From positions 3,200,001 to 3,264,000 of the forward strand of contig OZ253462.1 of the NCBI GenBank assembly GCA_965261395.1: a stretch of 64,000 nucleotides of DNA. Direction: 5' to 3'. The notes below the pieces were generated by a model. It had not been told where the DNA came from and made no database searches. It was given only the letters and a program-made list of their open reading frames with translations. Of this stretch, positions 29,001-39,039 are shown in pieces; position 1 is the first letter of the stretch, and every line of letters begins with the position of its first letter. This stretch comes from Candidatus Latescibacterota bacterium. GTDB taxonomy: Bacteria; Latescibacterota; UBA2968; UBA8231. The translations under genes were made by a program, and so were the position numbers.

Positions 29001-29265
29001 AGGCAATGCCGAGCGCATAGGCTTGGAGGCCGATTCGCAAAAGCCGCCCATCGCCGTCGTAGGAAAGAGCGGCGTCGGCGATGGTCAGGTTGGAAATGTC
29101 ATCGGAAGTGAGCGAGACCTGACGGAACTGCTCGGACCGCTGGCCGACGAGGCCCGCCTCCACGTAATCAGTACCGTTTGCGCGAACGGTTACCACTCGC
29201 ATTGGCTCGCTGAACAGCGGACCAGTCAGAACCTGTCCTGCGCGGATGTCGAATTCAGCTACCAC
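26045..29265 (-). pseudogene. SNF2-family helicase with C-terminal DUF3883-like nuclease domain; frameshift plus internal deletion
   Basis: LADDAGAGKT, DEAH, LTATPH; one missing base near 28266 (restores TKRIPRTADF); FTEFKDT joined directly to HRLEQRMGRIHR at about 27736; GYDITS..IEIKG..LTPNE. Confidence 0.85.
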
Positions 29266-29266
29266 C

Positions 29267-30379
29267 TCACCACGCAAAAAGCTCGCCTGCCTCCATCGTC
29301 AACTCTCGGCCCTGACCGCCGTCCTCGCGCACCACGAGCTGGCCCTCGGCGTATCCGACATCGGCGACGCCGGCGAAGTCGGAGGGAATCTCCAGGAGAA
29401 AGTTGGCGTAGGTAAAAACTTGGGTCTCGTCGGCATCGATATAGTGAAAGAGCGAGCGGCCGAAAATTCGGCCCTTTTCCAACAACACCGGACTAGGTTG
29501 GTGTAAGCCCGTGGTGCCAAACTCCAAGCCACGCGCAAAAGGCTTGCCGTCGCGGACGTGCCGCCAGGCGTCGAACCAAGGGTATTCCGCCACCGGCCAT
29601 ATATAGCCAATCAGCAATCCCGTGCTGGCATTGATGGCGGTGGTCCAGCCGTATTCTTCGTCAATTATATACGAGACGACCGCTGGCGCAGCGTCGTCGG
29701 TTAGGCCGCGAATATCGACCTCGGTGCCGTCCTTTTTGAGTGCGGCGGGCCAGCGCACCTCTGGGGCCTCCGGCGTCGGCATGGGCGTTTCCTGCATAAA
29801 GCCGCGCGTGCCGTTGGCATCAACGCGGGTGCTCTCGTCCAAAAAGGGCGGACCAATGGTCGGGTGCTGGACGATATTGTACACACGGCCCAAATGGCGG
29901 GTGTTGGTAACGGCCTCGGCGACCGCAAAGATGGCCTGATCTTGATCCATGCGAATCGAGCGCGCGACCTTGAGGCCGGCCAAGGGCAGCTCGGCCGACA
30001 TTTGGGCTACGAGGTAGCCGTCCTGTGCGCGGGCGTCCTCGTCCAAGTTCCACCACACGCGCGTGGCCTCGCCGTGCCAGCCCATGCCGTGGGCCTGCTC
30101 GGCTCTGGTGGCCGGACCCCAGCGGTCGAGGCAGAGGAAGTGCCCCATGGAGCGCGGCTCTAGCGGCGGTGCTTGGTCGGGGGTGTCGCCGAAGGACCAA
30201 GAGTCCCATTGCAGGGGGTTGAGTGGGTTGCTTTTGAGGTGGAAATCGGCAATGGAGCCGCCGCCTAAATCGACGACTAGCATTGCTGCTTGGCCGTTGA
30301 GCACGAGGCTGGGGCGGTCTTCGGCCGCGCTATGCGAGGCCGTCCACAGGAGGGCAGTGAGGAAGAGGGTCCATCTCAT
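29267..30379 (-). CDS. Secreted hypothetical protein, probable galactose-mutarotase-like fold
   Basis: Signal peptide; GHFLCLDRWG, WHGEA, VQHPTIG, RGLEFGT. Confidence 0.65.
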   Translation of the reverse strand: MRWTLFLTALLWTASHSAAEDRPSLVLNGQAAMLVVDLGGGSIADFHLKSNPLNPLQWDSWSFGDTPDQAPPLEPRSMGHFLCLDRWGPATRAEQAHGMGWHGEATRVWWNLDEDARAQDGYLVAQMSAELPLAGLKVARSIRMDQDQAIFAVAEAVTNTRHLGRVYNIVQHPTIGPPFLDESTRVDANGTRGFMQETPMPTPEAPEVRWPAALKKDGTEVDIRGLTDDAAPAVVSYIIDEEYGWTTAINASTGLLIGYIWPVAEYPWFDAWRHVRDGKPFARGLEFGTTGLHQPSPVLLEKGRIFGRSLFHYIDADETQVFTYANFLLEIPSDFAGVADVGYAEGQLVVREDGGQGRELTMEAGELFAW

Positions 30380-30477
30380 TATGGGTGCTCCTTTTAGAGG
30401 TGAGGGGATGGCAAACGAGACGTAACAACGTACTAGAAATTGACAGCAGGCAAAAGACGACGGATGTTGTTTTTGGT

Positions 30478-32544
30478 ATGAGAATTTTTCTGGTCACCAC
30501 CCTTTCTATCCTCGTCCTATGCGGTTGCCAAGAACCGGCCGGCCGCTCAGAGGCGTTCCTCCAATCGTACTACCGGGGCTTGGACTTGCTGGAGCGCTAT
30601 CGGCTCAGGGCGGCCGAGCGCACCTTTGCCCATTGCGTCCGGTTGGAACCCGAGGCCGCCGAGGGCTACTGGCAGCTAGGGAGAGTGCAGCTTGTGCAGG
30701 GGCGGATAGAAGAAGGCGTGGGGTTGCTGGAACAGGCAGCGGCGCTAGACCCTGAATTGACGGCGGCGCGGTCGTTGGTGTTGGAGACGTTTTTGGGGCG
30801 GGGGAAAGAGGCGCTGGAAGAGGGAGAATTTGAGCAGGCGGAAGGGTATTTGCAGCGGGCGCTGGCCGTCGATCCCCAGGGATATGAGTCGCTCTACTGG
30901 GCGGCGATTGCCGCGCTGTGGCAGGAGGACTACGCCCGCGCCGATTCGATTTTGCAGCAGGCGGTGGCAGCGCATCCCGAGCCGCTGGAGTTGCGCTGGC
31001 ACCTGAAGTGGGTGCAGGAGGCATTGGGACGGCCAGCGACCGGGGCGTTTGCCGACGCTGTGCCGCAGGGGGCTATCAGCGGGCGGTTTAGCGAGATCGG
31101 TACCGAGGCCGGGGTCGATAAATTCGACGGTGGCCGCGCCAGTGCCTGGGCCGACTACGACGAGGATGGAGACCTCGACTTGGTCGTCATCGGCCATCCA
31201 GCGCTGGCATACTTTCGCAACGATGGCGCGCGCTTTGCCGAGCGGACACAGGCCGCCGGATTGGTGCTGCCCGACGGCGGGATCGGGGTGCAGACGGCCG
31301 ACTACGACAACGACGGGGACGCGGATTTGTACGTGACGCGCGATGGGTGGTTTGGCGGTGGCGCGAACCTGCTGTTCCAAAACGACGGCCGGGGCGTCTT
31401 CGCCGATCAGACGGAAGCGTCGGGCACGGGCGATCCGGGGTCGAGCTTCTGCGCCGCGTGGAGCGATTTCGACCGCGACGGCTACCTCGACATCTACGTG
31501 GCCAACGGCACGGGCGCGACCGGCGACTCGACCAATGTGCTTTATCGCAACCAAGGTGACGGCACCTTTGGCGATGTGGCGGCAACCGCCGGGGTGGCGC
31601 ACAAGGGGCAGACGCTGAGTACGGCGTGGGGCGACTTTGACGGCGACGGCTGGCCCGATCTGTACGCGTGCGATTTCACCGAGCCGAATGTGCTTTTTCG
31701 CAATCGGGGCGACGGTACCTTCGCTGATCGGACGGCTGCGGCCGGCGTCGGTGCCGAGCACATCGACGGCTTTATAACGTTTGTCCTCGACTACGATAAC
31801 GACGGTGCGCTGGATATCTTCGTGGGCAACTGGAGCCAGTACGCGGTAGTGCTGGCCGATCGGGTCGCTGGAAAATCGACGAGCAAGCGCGACCGGCCGG
31901 TGCTTTTCCGCAACAAGGGCGACGGCACCTTCGCCGATGCGACGGAAGCTGCCGGGCTGGGGCGAGCGTTGGGCACGATGAGCGGCGTCCCTGGCGATGT
32001 GGATAACGACGGCTGGGTGGACATCTACCTCGGCAACGGCGGGCCGCAGATGGGCCGGCGCGAGCCGGATGTGCTTTTTCGCAATCAGGGCGACGGCACC
32101 TTCGCTGATGCGACAGCAGCCGCCGGGCTGGGGCACTTGGGCAAATCGCACGGCGTGACCTTTGCCGACTTCGACCGCGACGGCGATCTCGATCTGTACG
32201 CGCCGGTGGGTGGTGCTCAGCCCGGCGACCAGTGGCCCAACGCGTTCTACCGCAGCGAGGGTTTTGGCAATCACTACTTGGTACTGGAGTTGGAAGGAGT
32301 CGAGAGCAATCGCGACGGGATTGGTGCCAAAGTGCGGGTGCAGGCCGGCGACTTGGTGCAGTACCAGGAGGTGGCTTCTGGATACAGCTTTGGCAACAGC
32401 AACAGCTTGGAGTTGGAATTTGGGTTGGGGGCGCGCCAACGGGTTGATCGCATCGACATCACTTGGCCGAGCGGGCAGGTCGATGTGTATCGGGACCTTG
32501 AGGCCGATCAGCACTTGTTGCTCCGGGAGGGGGAGACGCGGTGA
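30478..32544 (+). CDS. Lipoprotein: TPR + FG-GAP propeller + ASPIC/UnbV
   Basis: Lipobox LCGC; N-terminal TPRs; about 7 DxDxDGxxD blades; SNRDGIGAKV..FGLG..WPSG. Confidence 0.9.
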   Translation: MRIFLVTTLSILVLCGCQEPAGRSEAFLQSYYRGLDLLERYRLRAAERTFAHCVRLEPEAAEGYWQLGRVQLVQGRIEEGVGLLEQAAALDPELTAARSLVLETFLGRGKEALEEGEFEQAEGYLQRALAVDPQGYESLYWAAIAALWQEDYARADSILQQAVAAHPEPLELRWHLKWVQEALGRPATGAFADAVPQGAISGRFSEIGTEAGVDKFDGGRASAWADYDEDGDLDLVVIGHPALAYFRNDGARFAERTQAAGLVLPDGGIGVQTADYDNDGDADLYVTRDGWFGGGANLLFQNDGRGVFADQTEASGTGDPGSSFCAAWSDFDRDGYLDIYVANGTGATGDSTNVLYRNQGDGTFGDVAATAGVAHKGQTLSTAWGDFDGDGWPDLYACDFTEPNVLFRNRGDGTFADRTAAAGVGAEHIDGFITFVLDYDNDGALDIFVGNWSQYAVVLADRVAGKSTSKRDRPVLFRNKGDGTFADATEAAGLGRALGTMSGVPGDVDNDGWVDIYLGNGGPQMGRREPDVLFRNQGDGTFADATAAAGLGHLGKSHGVTFADFDRDGDLDLYAPVGGAQPGDQWPNAFYRSEGFGNHYLVLELEGVESNRDGIGAKVRVQAGDLVQYQEVASGYSFGNSNSLELEFGLGARQRVDRIDITWPSGQVDVYRDLEADQHLLLREGETR

Positions 32545-33929
32545 AGGGGCTGGCTGCCATCGCGCTGTTGTTGGCCGGGTGCGCTGCCGAGCCGGACGCT
32601 CCGACCGCGTACCGCCAAGCGCAGGAACTAATTGGCGACCGGCCGCTGCGGAGCTTGAGCCAGGCCGAGTTGGTGCAGGCCGAACGTCTAGCAGGACAAG
32701 CGCGGGCACTCGATCCTGCGCTGCACGAGGCGACCTTTACTTTAGCTGCGCTCTACGTAGCGCGCGGTGCATACGAAGACGCGACTGCGCTCTACCGCAG
32801 CCTAGTGGAAGTGCGCCCCGACGACGGGCGGGTCTATGCCGAATTGGGGCTTAGCCTCGCCGCCCAAGGGCGCTATAGCGGCGCGCTGCGCGCCTATCAA
32901 GACGCCGCGCGCCGGGGCGAGAAGTCAGCGCTGATTTACGCGCGGTTGGGCCATGCCTATCAGGCGCTTGGCCACTTACAAGAAAATCTCCACGCGGCGC
33001 GGGCGGCCTATCGCGCCTCCCTACAGCTTGTGCCCGAGCAGGCCGAGGTGCGCTATCAACTGGCACGGGTAGAAGCGCGGTTGGGGCGGGCCGAGGAGGC
33101 GCGCACCTTGATGCAACAGGCGCTCGATGCCGCGCCCGAGGACCCTGGGATCCGAGCCGATCTCGCCGTGCTCTACAGAGAGGCGGGACAACGGCAACTG
33201 GCCCGCGCCGCGCTCGTCGAGGGTTTGGCCACGCGCGATGGGGGCGACGAGGAAGCCGTCTTGCACTATGAACTGGGGCGGCTGCTCTGGGAGGAAGGGG
33301 ATGGCGCAGGGGCACTGGCGCATTTTGAACGGGCGCAGGTCGCCGGTCCCGACCTGCACTTAGTCTATCACTATCTCGGCTTGATCCACAGCGCGGAGGG
33401 GCGGCTGGACTCGGCACTCGCCGCGTTTGTCGAGTTGGCTAGCCGACAGCCCAGCGATGCCGCGGTCCAAGTGAGCATCGGCATCGTCCACAGCCGGATG
33501 GGCGCGCTCGCCGAGGCGGAAGAGGCGTTTAAGGCGGCGATCGCGTTGGGTGGTGCGGAAGGGGACGCGGCCTTGAAGTTGGGAGGTTTATACGTGCATC
33601 AGCGGCGGCTGCGTGCGGCCGTGCAAGTGTTCAAAAAAGCCACGACCGCGCATCCGCATCACGCTGAGCTTTTCGCGGCCCTAGGCGACGTCTATCGGCA
33701 GTTGGGCTTGCTCGGCGCGGCCGTGCAGGCCGGCGAGGAGGCTGTCCGGCTCGAACCCGAGCGGGCGTTGTGGCACTTCCACCTCGCCTCGACCTACGAG
33801 AGATTAGATCCCGACCAAGCGCGGGCCGAGTGGCACGCGTATGCATCTTTGGCAAAGGACGACGAGCGCGAGGCTCAGCGGCTGGCCCACGCGCGCTCGC
33901 GCCTGCAAACCTTACAACAGGAGGAATGA
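32541..33929 (+). CDS. TPR-repeat lipoprotein
   Basis: Lipobox LAGC; GTGA coupling; repeated TPR helices. Confidence 0.85.
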   Translation: MKGLAAIALLLAGCAAEPDAPTAYRQAQELIGDRPLRSLSQAELVQAERLAGQARALDPALHEATFTLAALYVARGAYEDATALYRSLVEVRPDDGRVYAELGLSLAAQGRYSGALRAYQDAARRGEKSALIYARLGHAYQALGHLQENLHAARAAYRASLQLVPEQAEVRYQLARVEARLGRAEEARTLMQQALDAAPEDPGIRADLAVLYREAGQRQLARAALVEGLATRDGGDEEAVLHYELGRLLWEEGDGAGALAHFERAQVAGPDLHLVYHYLGLIHSAEGRLDSALAAFVELASRQPSDAAVQVSIGIVHSRMGALAEAEEAFKAAIALGGAEGDAALKLGGLYVHQRRLRAAVQVFKKATTAHPHHAELFAALGDVYRQLGLLGAAVQAGEEAVRLEPERALWHFHLASTYERLDPDQARAEWHAYASLAKDDEREAQRLAHARSRLQTLQQEE

Positions 33930-34795
33930 TGATCGACCTAGTGGCTTTTGACCTCGACGGCACCGTGCTCGACTCAGAAGGGCGGCTGGCGGCTTCGGCT
34001 GTGGAGGCCATCGAGGAACTGATTGTGCGCGACATACCCACAGCTAGTGTCAGCGGGCGCAGCATCCGTCGCGGCCAATACCCTTTTACGGCCTACCCTG
34101 CACTGGCGCAGGCGCTCTACATAGGTGGCTACAACGGCTCGGTGGTTCTCGGCCCAGGCGAAGGGGCGGAGCGAGAGGTGCTGCGCGAGGAGCGGTTGGA
34201 CGAGGCGTCCTTTGCCCAGATAGTCGAATATGGGCGCGCAGAGGGGCTAAACCTGATCTACTGTCTGTTTGAACGCACGGCTGCCGGGGTCGCCGAGGAG
34301 TACCGGTACGTCCAGCCCATGGATTACCTCGAATCGTTCGAAGAGCCGGGCATGGTGCTCGACGTCGATCTGTACGCACGCTGTCAGAGCGGTGAACTGG
34401 GCGCACCACCCAAGATCATGCTGGAAGTGGAACCGGAGCGGCGAGAACAGCACATCGCCGATATCGAGGCGCTGTGCGGAGATCAGATCTATGTGGCTTG
34501 GGCGAATCCTGGTATGGTGGAATTTATGCGCCGAGGAGTGAATAAGGGCGTGGCTCTGCAGACGCTAACTGAGCAGGTAGGTGGGTGTGCGGAGCGCGTC
34601 TTGGCGATAGGGGATGCGAACAACGACTTGCCGATGTTGCGAGCGGCGGGAATCGGGGTGTTGCTAGGGAATGCAAAGGACGAAGTAAAGGCGGCCGTAG
34701 CCGGGGATAGGGTGAGGATTGGGCCTAGTTTTGCGGAGGATGGATTTGCCAAAATGGTGCGGGAATACGCGCTGGATGGACAGGAGCAAAGATGA
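33926..34795 (+). CDS. Cof-type HAD-IIB hydrolase
   Basis: FDLDGT, SGR, NKGVAL, IGDANNDLPM; AGGAGG upstream. Confidence 0.9.
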   Translation: MMIDLVAFDLDGTVLDSEGRLAASAVEAIEELIVRDIPTASVSGRSIRRGQYPFTAYPALAQALYIGGYNGSVVLGPGEGAEREVLREERLDEASFAQIVEYGRAEGLNLIYCLFERTAAGVAEEYRYVQPMDYLESFEEPGMVLDVDLYARCQSGELGAPPKIMLEVEPERREQHIADIEALCGDQIYVAWANPGMVEFMRRGVNKGVALQTLTEQVGGCAERVLAIGDANNDLPMLRAAGIGVLLGNAKDEVKAAVAGDRVRIGPSFAEDGFAKMVREYALDGQEQR

Positions 34796-35499
34796 TGCAG
34801 GTATTTTGCGGGATCGCGCTGTGTGTTGCCGTTGCGGCGTCGGCTTTGGCCGAGGAGGAGCAAGCCGCTGCCGACTCCCTCAAGGGCGGGGAGATGGTAA
34901 AAATCGAGGCAGAAAATCACAGGTTTCACATAGATAAGTACGAGGTGACCAACGAGGAGTACGCAGCGTTTCTGACCGAGCAGGGAAACGCCAAGGTGGA
35001 GGGCATGTACTGGGTGGAACTGGGGAGTCGATACACGGCATTGGTGGAGGAGGAAGGCGTGTTCAAGGTCAAAGAAGGGTTTGCGCGGCATCCGGTCATC
35101 GAGGTGTCGTGGTACGGGGCAATGGCCTATTGCCAGTGGGCGGGCAAGCGCCTGCCGACGCAGGAGGAATGGCAATTCGCCTGCGCGGGAGCTGAAGGGC
35201 TAAAGTATCCGTGGGGCGCGGATTTTGCGGATGGACGCGCCAACATCTTCGGCGAAAAGGACGGCTACGGGCGGACCGCGACGGTGGGGTCCTTTCCAAG
35301 TGGAGCCAGTCCCTTCGGACTCTTGGATATGGGTGGCAATGTGTGGGAGTGGACGCAAGGGGGCGAGAAAGTGCAGTTCCTGCGCGGGGGATCGTGGATC
35401 AACGGCCCTACCTTGACTCAGTGCAATAAGCGGACCAACACCAAGGACTCGCATTCTTATATCAAGGGCAACACCATAGGCTTCCGCTGCGCCCGCTAA
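34792..35499 (+). CDS. Secreted FGE-sulfatase (SUMF1/EgtB/PvdO) domain protein
   Basis: KYEVTN, HPVIEVSW, KRLPT..EW, DMGGNVWEW, RGGSW, GFRCAR. Confidence 0.9.
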   Translation: MMQVFCGIALCVAVAASALAEEEQAAADSLKGGEMVKIEAENHRFHIDKYEVTNEEYAAFLTEQGNAKVEGMYWVELGSRYTALVEEEGVFKVKEGFARHPVIEVSWYGAMAYCQWAGKRLPTQEEWQFACAGAEGLKYPWGADFADGRANIFGEKDGYGRTATVGSFPSGASPFGLLDMGGNVWEWTQGGEKVQFLRGGSWINGPTLTQCNKRTNTKDSHSYIKGNTIGFRCAR

Positions 35500-35503
35500 G
35501 TCT

Positions 35504-37111
35504 ATGGTCCTCGTCCTTTTGTTCTTCGCCGTCGCCAGCGCCCACGCCGGTCCCCTCTTTGTGGATGCGACGCGAGAAGCCGGTCTGGACCATCCCACCA
35601 TCAACGGCGGCCCGCACAAGCGCTTCATTCTCGAATCCACCGGCAGCGGCGCGGCGTTTTTCGACTACGACGGTGACGGCGATCTCGATCTCTATGTAGT
35701 AAACGGCTCGACCTACGCCCACTATGGTGCGGGGCCGGGCAATGCGCTCTACCGCAACGACGGCGGAGCCTTTGTGGCGGTGGCAGCCGGCGTCGAGGAT
35801 CGCGGTTGGGGCAGCGGCGTGGCGGTGGGAGATTACGACGGCGACGGGCAGCGCGACCTGTATGTGACCAACTATGGCACCAACGCGCTCTATCGCAATC
35901 GCGGTGATGGCACCTTTGCCTCGGTCACAGCGCAGGCTGGGGTTGCCGGCGATGACTTCAGTACGAGCGCGGCGTTTTTCGACTACGATCAAGATGGCGA
36001 TCTCGACCTCTACGTTGCCAATTACGTGGTCTTCGACATCGAGCCGGTGCTGCAAGACCCGGAATTGGAGGATCCCTGCGTCTACTTGGGTGGGTTGCGG
36101 GTCTTTTGCGGCCCGCAGGGCATGGAAGGCGGGCGGGACCGGCTCTACCGCAACGACGGCGGGACCTTTGCCGACGTCACGGCCGCATCCGGCGTGGCCA
36201 CGGCCAATTTCTACTACGGCTTGGGTGTGGTGCCCGCAGACTTTGACCTCGACGGCGACTTGGACCTGTTCGTCGCCAACGACGAGACCCCCAATGTGCT
36301 GTTCCGCAACGACCGCGGTCGCTTGGGCGATATCGGCTTGGCGGCCGGCGTGGCGTACAACGGCGACGGCGAACCCGAGGCGAGCATGGGTGTGGATGCG
36401 GGCGATTGCGACGGCGACGGCGACCTCGACCTCTATGTGACCAACTTCTACGGCGAGACCAATACACTCTATTTGAACTCGGGCGGTGGGACTTTTATTG
36501 ACGCTACGAGTGAGCGCGGCTTGGCCGCCTCGACTGTGAGCTATCTCGGCTGGGGGACGCGCTTTTTCGACTTTGACTTCGACGGCGACTTGGACCTGTT
36601 CGTAGCCAATGGCCACGTCTATCCGCAGGTTGACTCGACCTCAGCGGGGGGGCGCTACGCACAGCGCAACCAGCTTTTCGCCAACGAGGGGACGGGCGTC
36701 TTCGCTGCGGTGGAAGAGGCCGGTCCTGGGCTGTTGGTGCAAAAGTCGAGCCGCGCGACCATCAGCGGCGACTATGACCAAGACGGCGATGTCGATCTGT
36801 TCACGACCAATATCGACGACAGCCCAACGCTCTTGCGCAATGAGACGCGCGCCGGCCACTATCTCGTGGTGCAGATCGACCCGGAAGTCGTCGGCACTTG
36901 GGTGCGGCTGGTAGCGGGCGGGCGGACACAGGTGCGCTCGGTCGGCGGGGCGGCGAGTTACTTGGGCCACAACGACGCGCGCCTTCACTTTGGCTTGGGC
37001 CAGGCCGAGCGCGTCGAGCGGTTAGAGGTGCGGTGGCCCGATGGCGCGGTGACGCGGTTGGAGGACTTGCCAGTGGATGAGGTGGTGGTGGTAAAGGGCG
37101 GGGGCAATTGA
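35504..37111 (+). CDS. Secreted CRTAC1-family protein
   Basis: Signal peptide; DxDxDGxxD blades; SYLGHNDARLHFGLG. Confidence 0.92.
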   Translation: MVLVLLFFAVASAHAGPLFVDATREAGLDHPTINGGPHKRFILESTGSGAAFFDYDGDGDLDLYVVNGSTYAHYGAGPGNALYRNDGGAFVAVAAGVEDRGWGSGVAVGDYDGDGQRDLYVTNYGTNALYRNRGDGTFASVTAQAGVAGDDFSTSAAFFDYDQDGDLDLYVANYVVFDIEPVLQDPELEDPCVYLGGLRVFCGPQGMEGGRDRLYRNDGGTFADVTAASGVATANFYYGLGVVPADFDLDGDLDLFVANDETPNVLFRNDRGRLGDIGLAAGVAYNGDGEPEASMGVDAGDCDGDGDLDLYVTNFYGETNTLYLNSGGGTFIDATSERGLAASTVSYLGWGTRFFDFDFDGDLDLFVANGHVYPQVDSTSAGGRYAQRNQLFANEGTGVFAAVEEAGPGLLVQKSSRATISGDYDQDGDVDLFTTNIDDSPTLLRNETRAGHYLVVQIDPEVVGTWVRLVAGGRTQVRSVGGAASYLGHNDARLHFGLGQAERVERLEVRWPDGAVTRLEDLPVDEVVVVKGGGN

Positions 37112-37136
37112 CGGGGCCATTTTTATTCCCTAGCTT
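37108..37136 (+). promoter_or_regulatory. Putative sigma70 promoter for ABC operon
   Basis: TTGACG (37108-13), 17 bp spacer, TAGCTT (37131-36). Confidence 0.45.
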
Positions 37137-37168
37137 TAACGCTTTTCCAAATTTATCCGTATATACTC

Positions 37169-38179
37169 ATGTCTTGGAATTTTGTCGTCAAAAGGGTCGC
37201 CCTTTTCCTGATCGTAGTGTGGGCAGCGGCGAGCGTGAACTTCTTTGTGCCGCGGCTAGGTACCGGCCGCGATCCCATCCGCGAGAAGCTCGGCCAGCTA
37301 GCGGCCAGCGGAGGATTGCGCCAAGACGGCATTGAGGCCATGGTAAAGGCCTATCAGATCAAGTTCGGCCTCGACAAGCCGCTCCACGTCCAATACCTCA
37401 ACTTTCTCAGCGACACCTTTACGCTCGACTTGGGCTATTCGCTGGCCAACTATCCGGCCCGCGTCGGGCAGATCATCGGCAACGCGATCCCCTGGACCAT
37501 TGGGCTGATGATCGTTTCGGTGCTGATCGGGTTTGCCTTGGGCACGCTCTTGGGGGCGATGGCGGCTTGGCCGACGGCACCGCGCTTTATGCGCAACTTG
37601 GCGGTGCCGATGATGACCCTGTCGGCGATTCCTCCCTATCTGCTAGGGCTGATCGTGCTCTACATATTGGGCCTCAAGCTGAGCCTCTTTCCGCTTTCGG
37701 GCGGGTACTCGCCTGGTATGTTGGCGATCTTCAACTTCTCCTTTGCCCTCGATGTGTTGCACCATTCGATTCTGCCAGCAATGGCCATTGTCTTGCAGCA
37801 GACCGGCTTCTGGGCGCTGGGAATGCGGGGGATGATGGTCACGACTTCGGGCGAGGATTACATCACGCTGGCCGAGGCCAATGGCCTGCGCAATCGCACG
37901 ATCTTCTTCCGCTTCGGCCTGCGCAACGCCCTGCTGCCGCAGCTTACTGCATTGGGGCTGTCGCTGGCCAATGTGGTCGCCGGTCAGGTTATCGTCGAGG
38001 TGATTTTCGCCTATCCGGGGATCGGCACGGTGCTCTTTCAGGCCATCCAAGCCTCGGATTATACGGTCATCAACGGCGTGGTGCTGATTTTGATCATGTC
38101 CATCGGCATGGTGACCCTGCTGATGGATTTCTTTTATCCGCTGCTCGACCCGCGGATTTCCCATAGCCGCCACCACTAG
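37169..38179 (+). CDS. Dpp/Opp-family ABC transporter permease (DppB-like)
   Basis: FGLDKPL, LDLGYS, EDYITLAEANGL loop, LDPRI. Confidence 0.92.
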   Translation: MSWNFVVKRVALFLIVVWAAASVNFFVPRLGTGRDPIREKLGQLAASGGLRQDGIEAMVKAYQIKFGLDKPLHVQYLNFLSDTFTLDLGYSLANYPARVGQIIGNAIPWTIGLMIVSVLIGFALGTLLGAMAAWPTAPRFMRNLAVPMMTLSAIPPYLLGLIVLYILGLKLSLFPLSGGYSPGMLAIFNFSFALDVLHHSILPAMAIVLQQTGFWALGMRGMMVTTSGEDYITLAEANGLRNRTIFFRFGLRNALLPQLTALGLSLANVVAGQVIVEVIFAYPGIGTVLFQAIQASDYTVINGVVLILIMSIGMVTLLMDFFYPLLDPRISHSRHH

Positions 38180-38181
38180 CC

Positions 38182-39039
38182 ATGCACCGCTTCGACCAAA
38201 TTCTCTACTACTTGCGCGAAAGCCCGATGCTCGCGGCCGGCCTGTGCATGATCCTGTTGGTGGTGCTCTTCGGGGTCTTGGGGCCGATCTTCGTCGATAC
38301 CTCGCAGGCCCAACCGCTGGCCGCGCCGCCGCGGCAAGCCCCCTCGCTGGAGTACCCCTTTGGCACCGACGACTCCGGCCGCAACCTCCTCGCCGTGATG
38401 GTGGTGGGCGTGCCGCTGACCATGCGGATTGGTCTGTTGGCTGGCACGGTGGGGCTGGGGCTAGGCATTTTCCTCGGCTTTACGAGCGGCTATATGGGCG
38501 GCAAGATCGACACGGTCATCCGCGGCTTCGTGGATACGCTGCTGACCGTACCCGGCCTCGTGGTGCTGGTCTCCATCGCCTCGACGATCCGCGAGGAAAT
38601 CAGCGTCAACATCATGGCCTTGGTGGTGGCTTCGCTGGCGTGGATGTGGCCGACGCGGACGATTCGCTCGCAGGTTTTGACCATGCGCGAGCGGGCGTAC
38701 GTGCAGATGGCCAAACTCAACGGCATGAGCAACGCCGAGATCATCTGGAAGGAGCTTTTCCCCAATCTGCTGCCCTACCTCGCGGCCAATTTTACCAATG
38801 CCGTCAACTGGGCCATTCTCTCGTCAATCGGCCTAGAAGCCCTCGGCTTGGGGCCGCAGAACGATCCCACGATTGGCATGACCATTTATTGGGCCATCAC
38901 GTTCAGCGCGCTCATCCGCGGCATGTGGTGGTGGTGGGCGATACCAATCTTCTTCATCGGCGTGATCTTCGTCGGCTTGTTGATGACTGCGGTTGGCTTA
39001 GACGAGCTGGCTAACCCCAAGCAGCGCAAGGCCGTATGA
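38182..39039 (+). CDS. Dpp/Opp-family ABC transporter permease (DppC-like)
   Basis: PFGTDDSGR, RERAYVQMAKLNG, LFPN. Confidence 0.92.
   Translation: MHRFDQILYYLRESPMLAAGLCMILLVVLFGVLGPIFVDTSQAQPLAAPPRQAPSLEYPFGTDDSGRNLLAVMVVGVPLTMRIGLLAGTVGLGLGIFLGFTSGYMGGKIDTVIRGFVDTLLTVPGLVVLVSIASTIREEISVNIMALVVASLAWMWPTRTIRSQVLTMRERAYVQMAKLNGMSNAEIIWKELFPNLLPYLAANFTNAVNWAILSSIGLEALGLGPQNDPTIGMTIYWAITFSALIRGMWWWWAIPIFFIGVIFVGLLMTAVGLDELANPKQRKAV

Larger units (their letters stand above)
13807..29265 (-). other. Defence island: decayed DUF499/DUF1156/SNF2-DUF3883 restriction-like operon with embedded ATPase-nuclease and toxin-antitoxin cassettes
   Basis: All genes co-oriented on - strand; cassettes visibly AT-richer than flanks; no integrase or att repeat seen. 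Confidence 0.85.

Noticed and set aside
13800-29270. Island as an integrative mobile element
   Set aside because: No integrase, transposase, tRNA target or flanking direct repeat found by eye
30440-30468. TTGACA upstream of the 30478 gene
   Set aside because: The hexamer at 17 bp spacing (GATGTT) is a poor -10 match
30745-32709. 654-aa antisense ORF (similarly 35462-36616, 41121-42098, 49062-50117, 39859-40779)
   Set aside because: Shadow frames of well-supported genes in GC-rich DNA; no motifs
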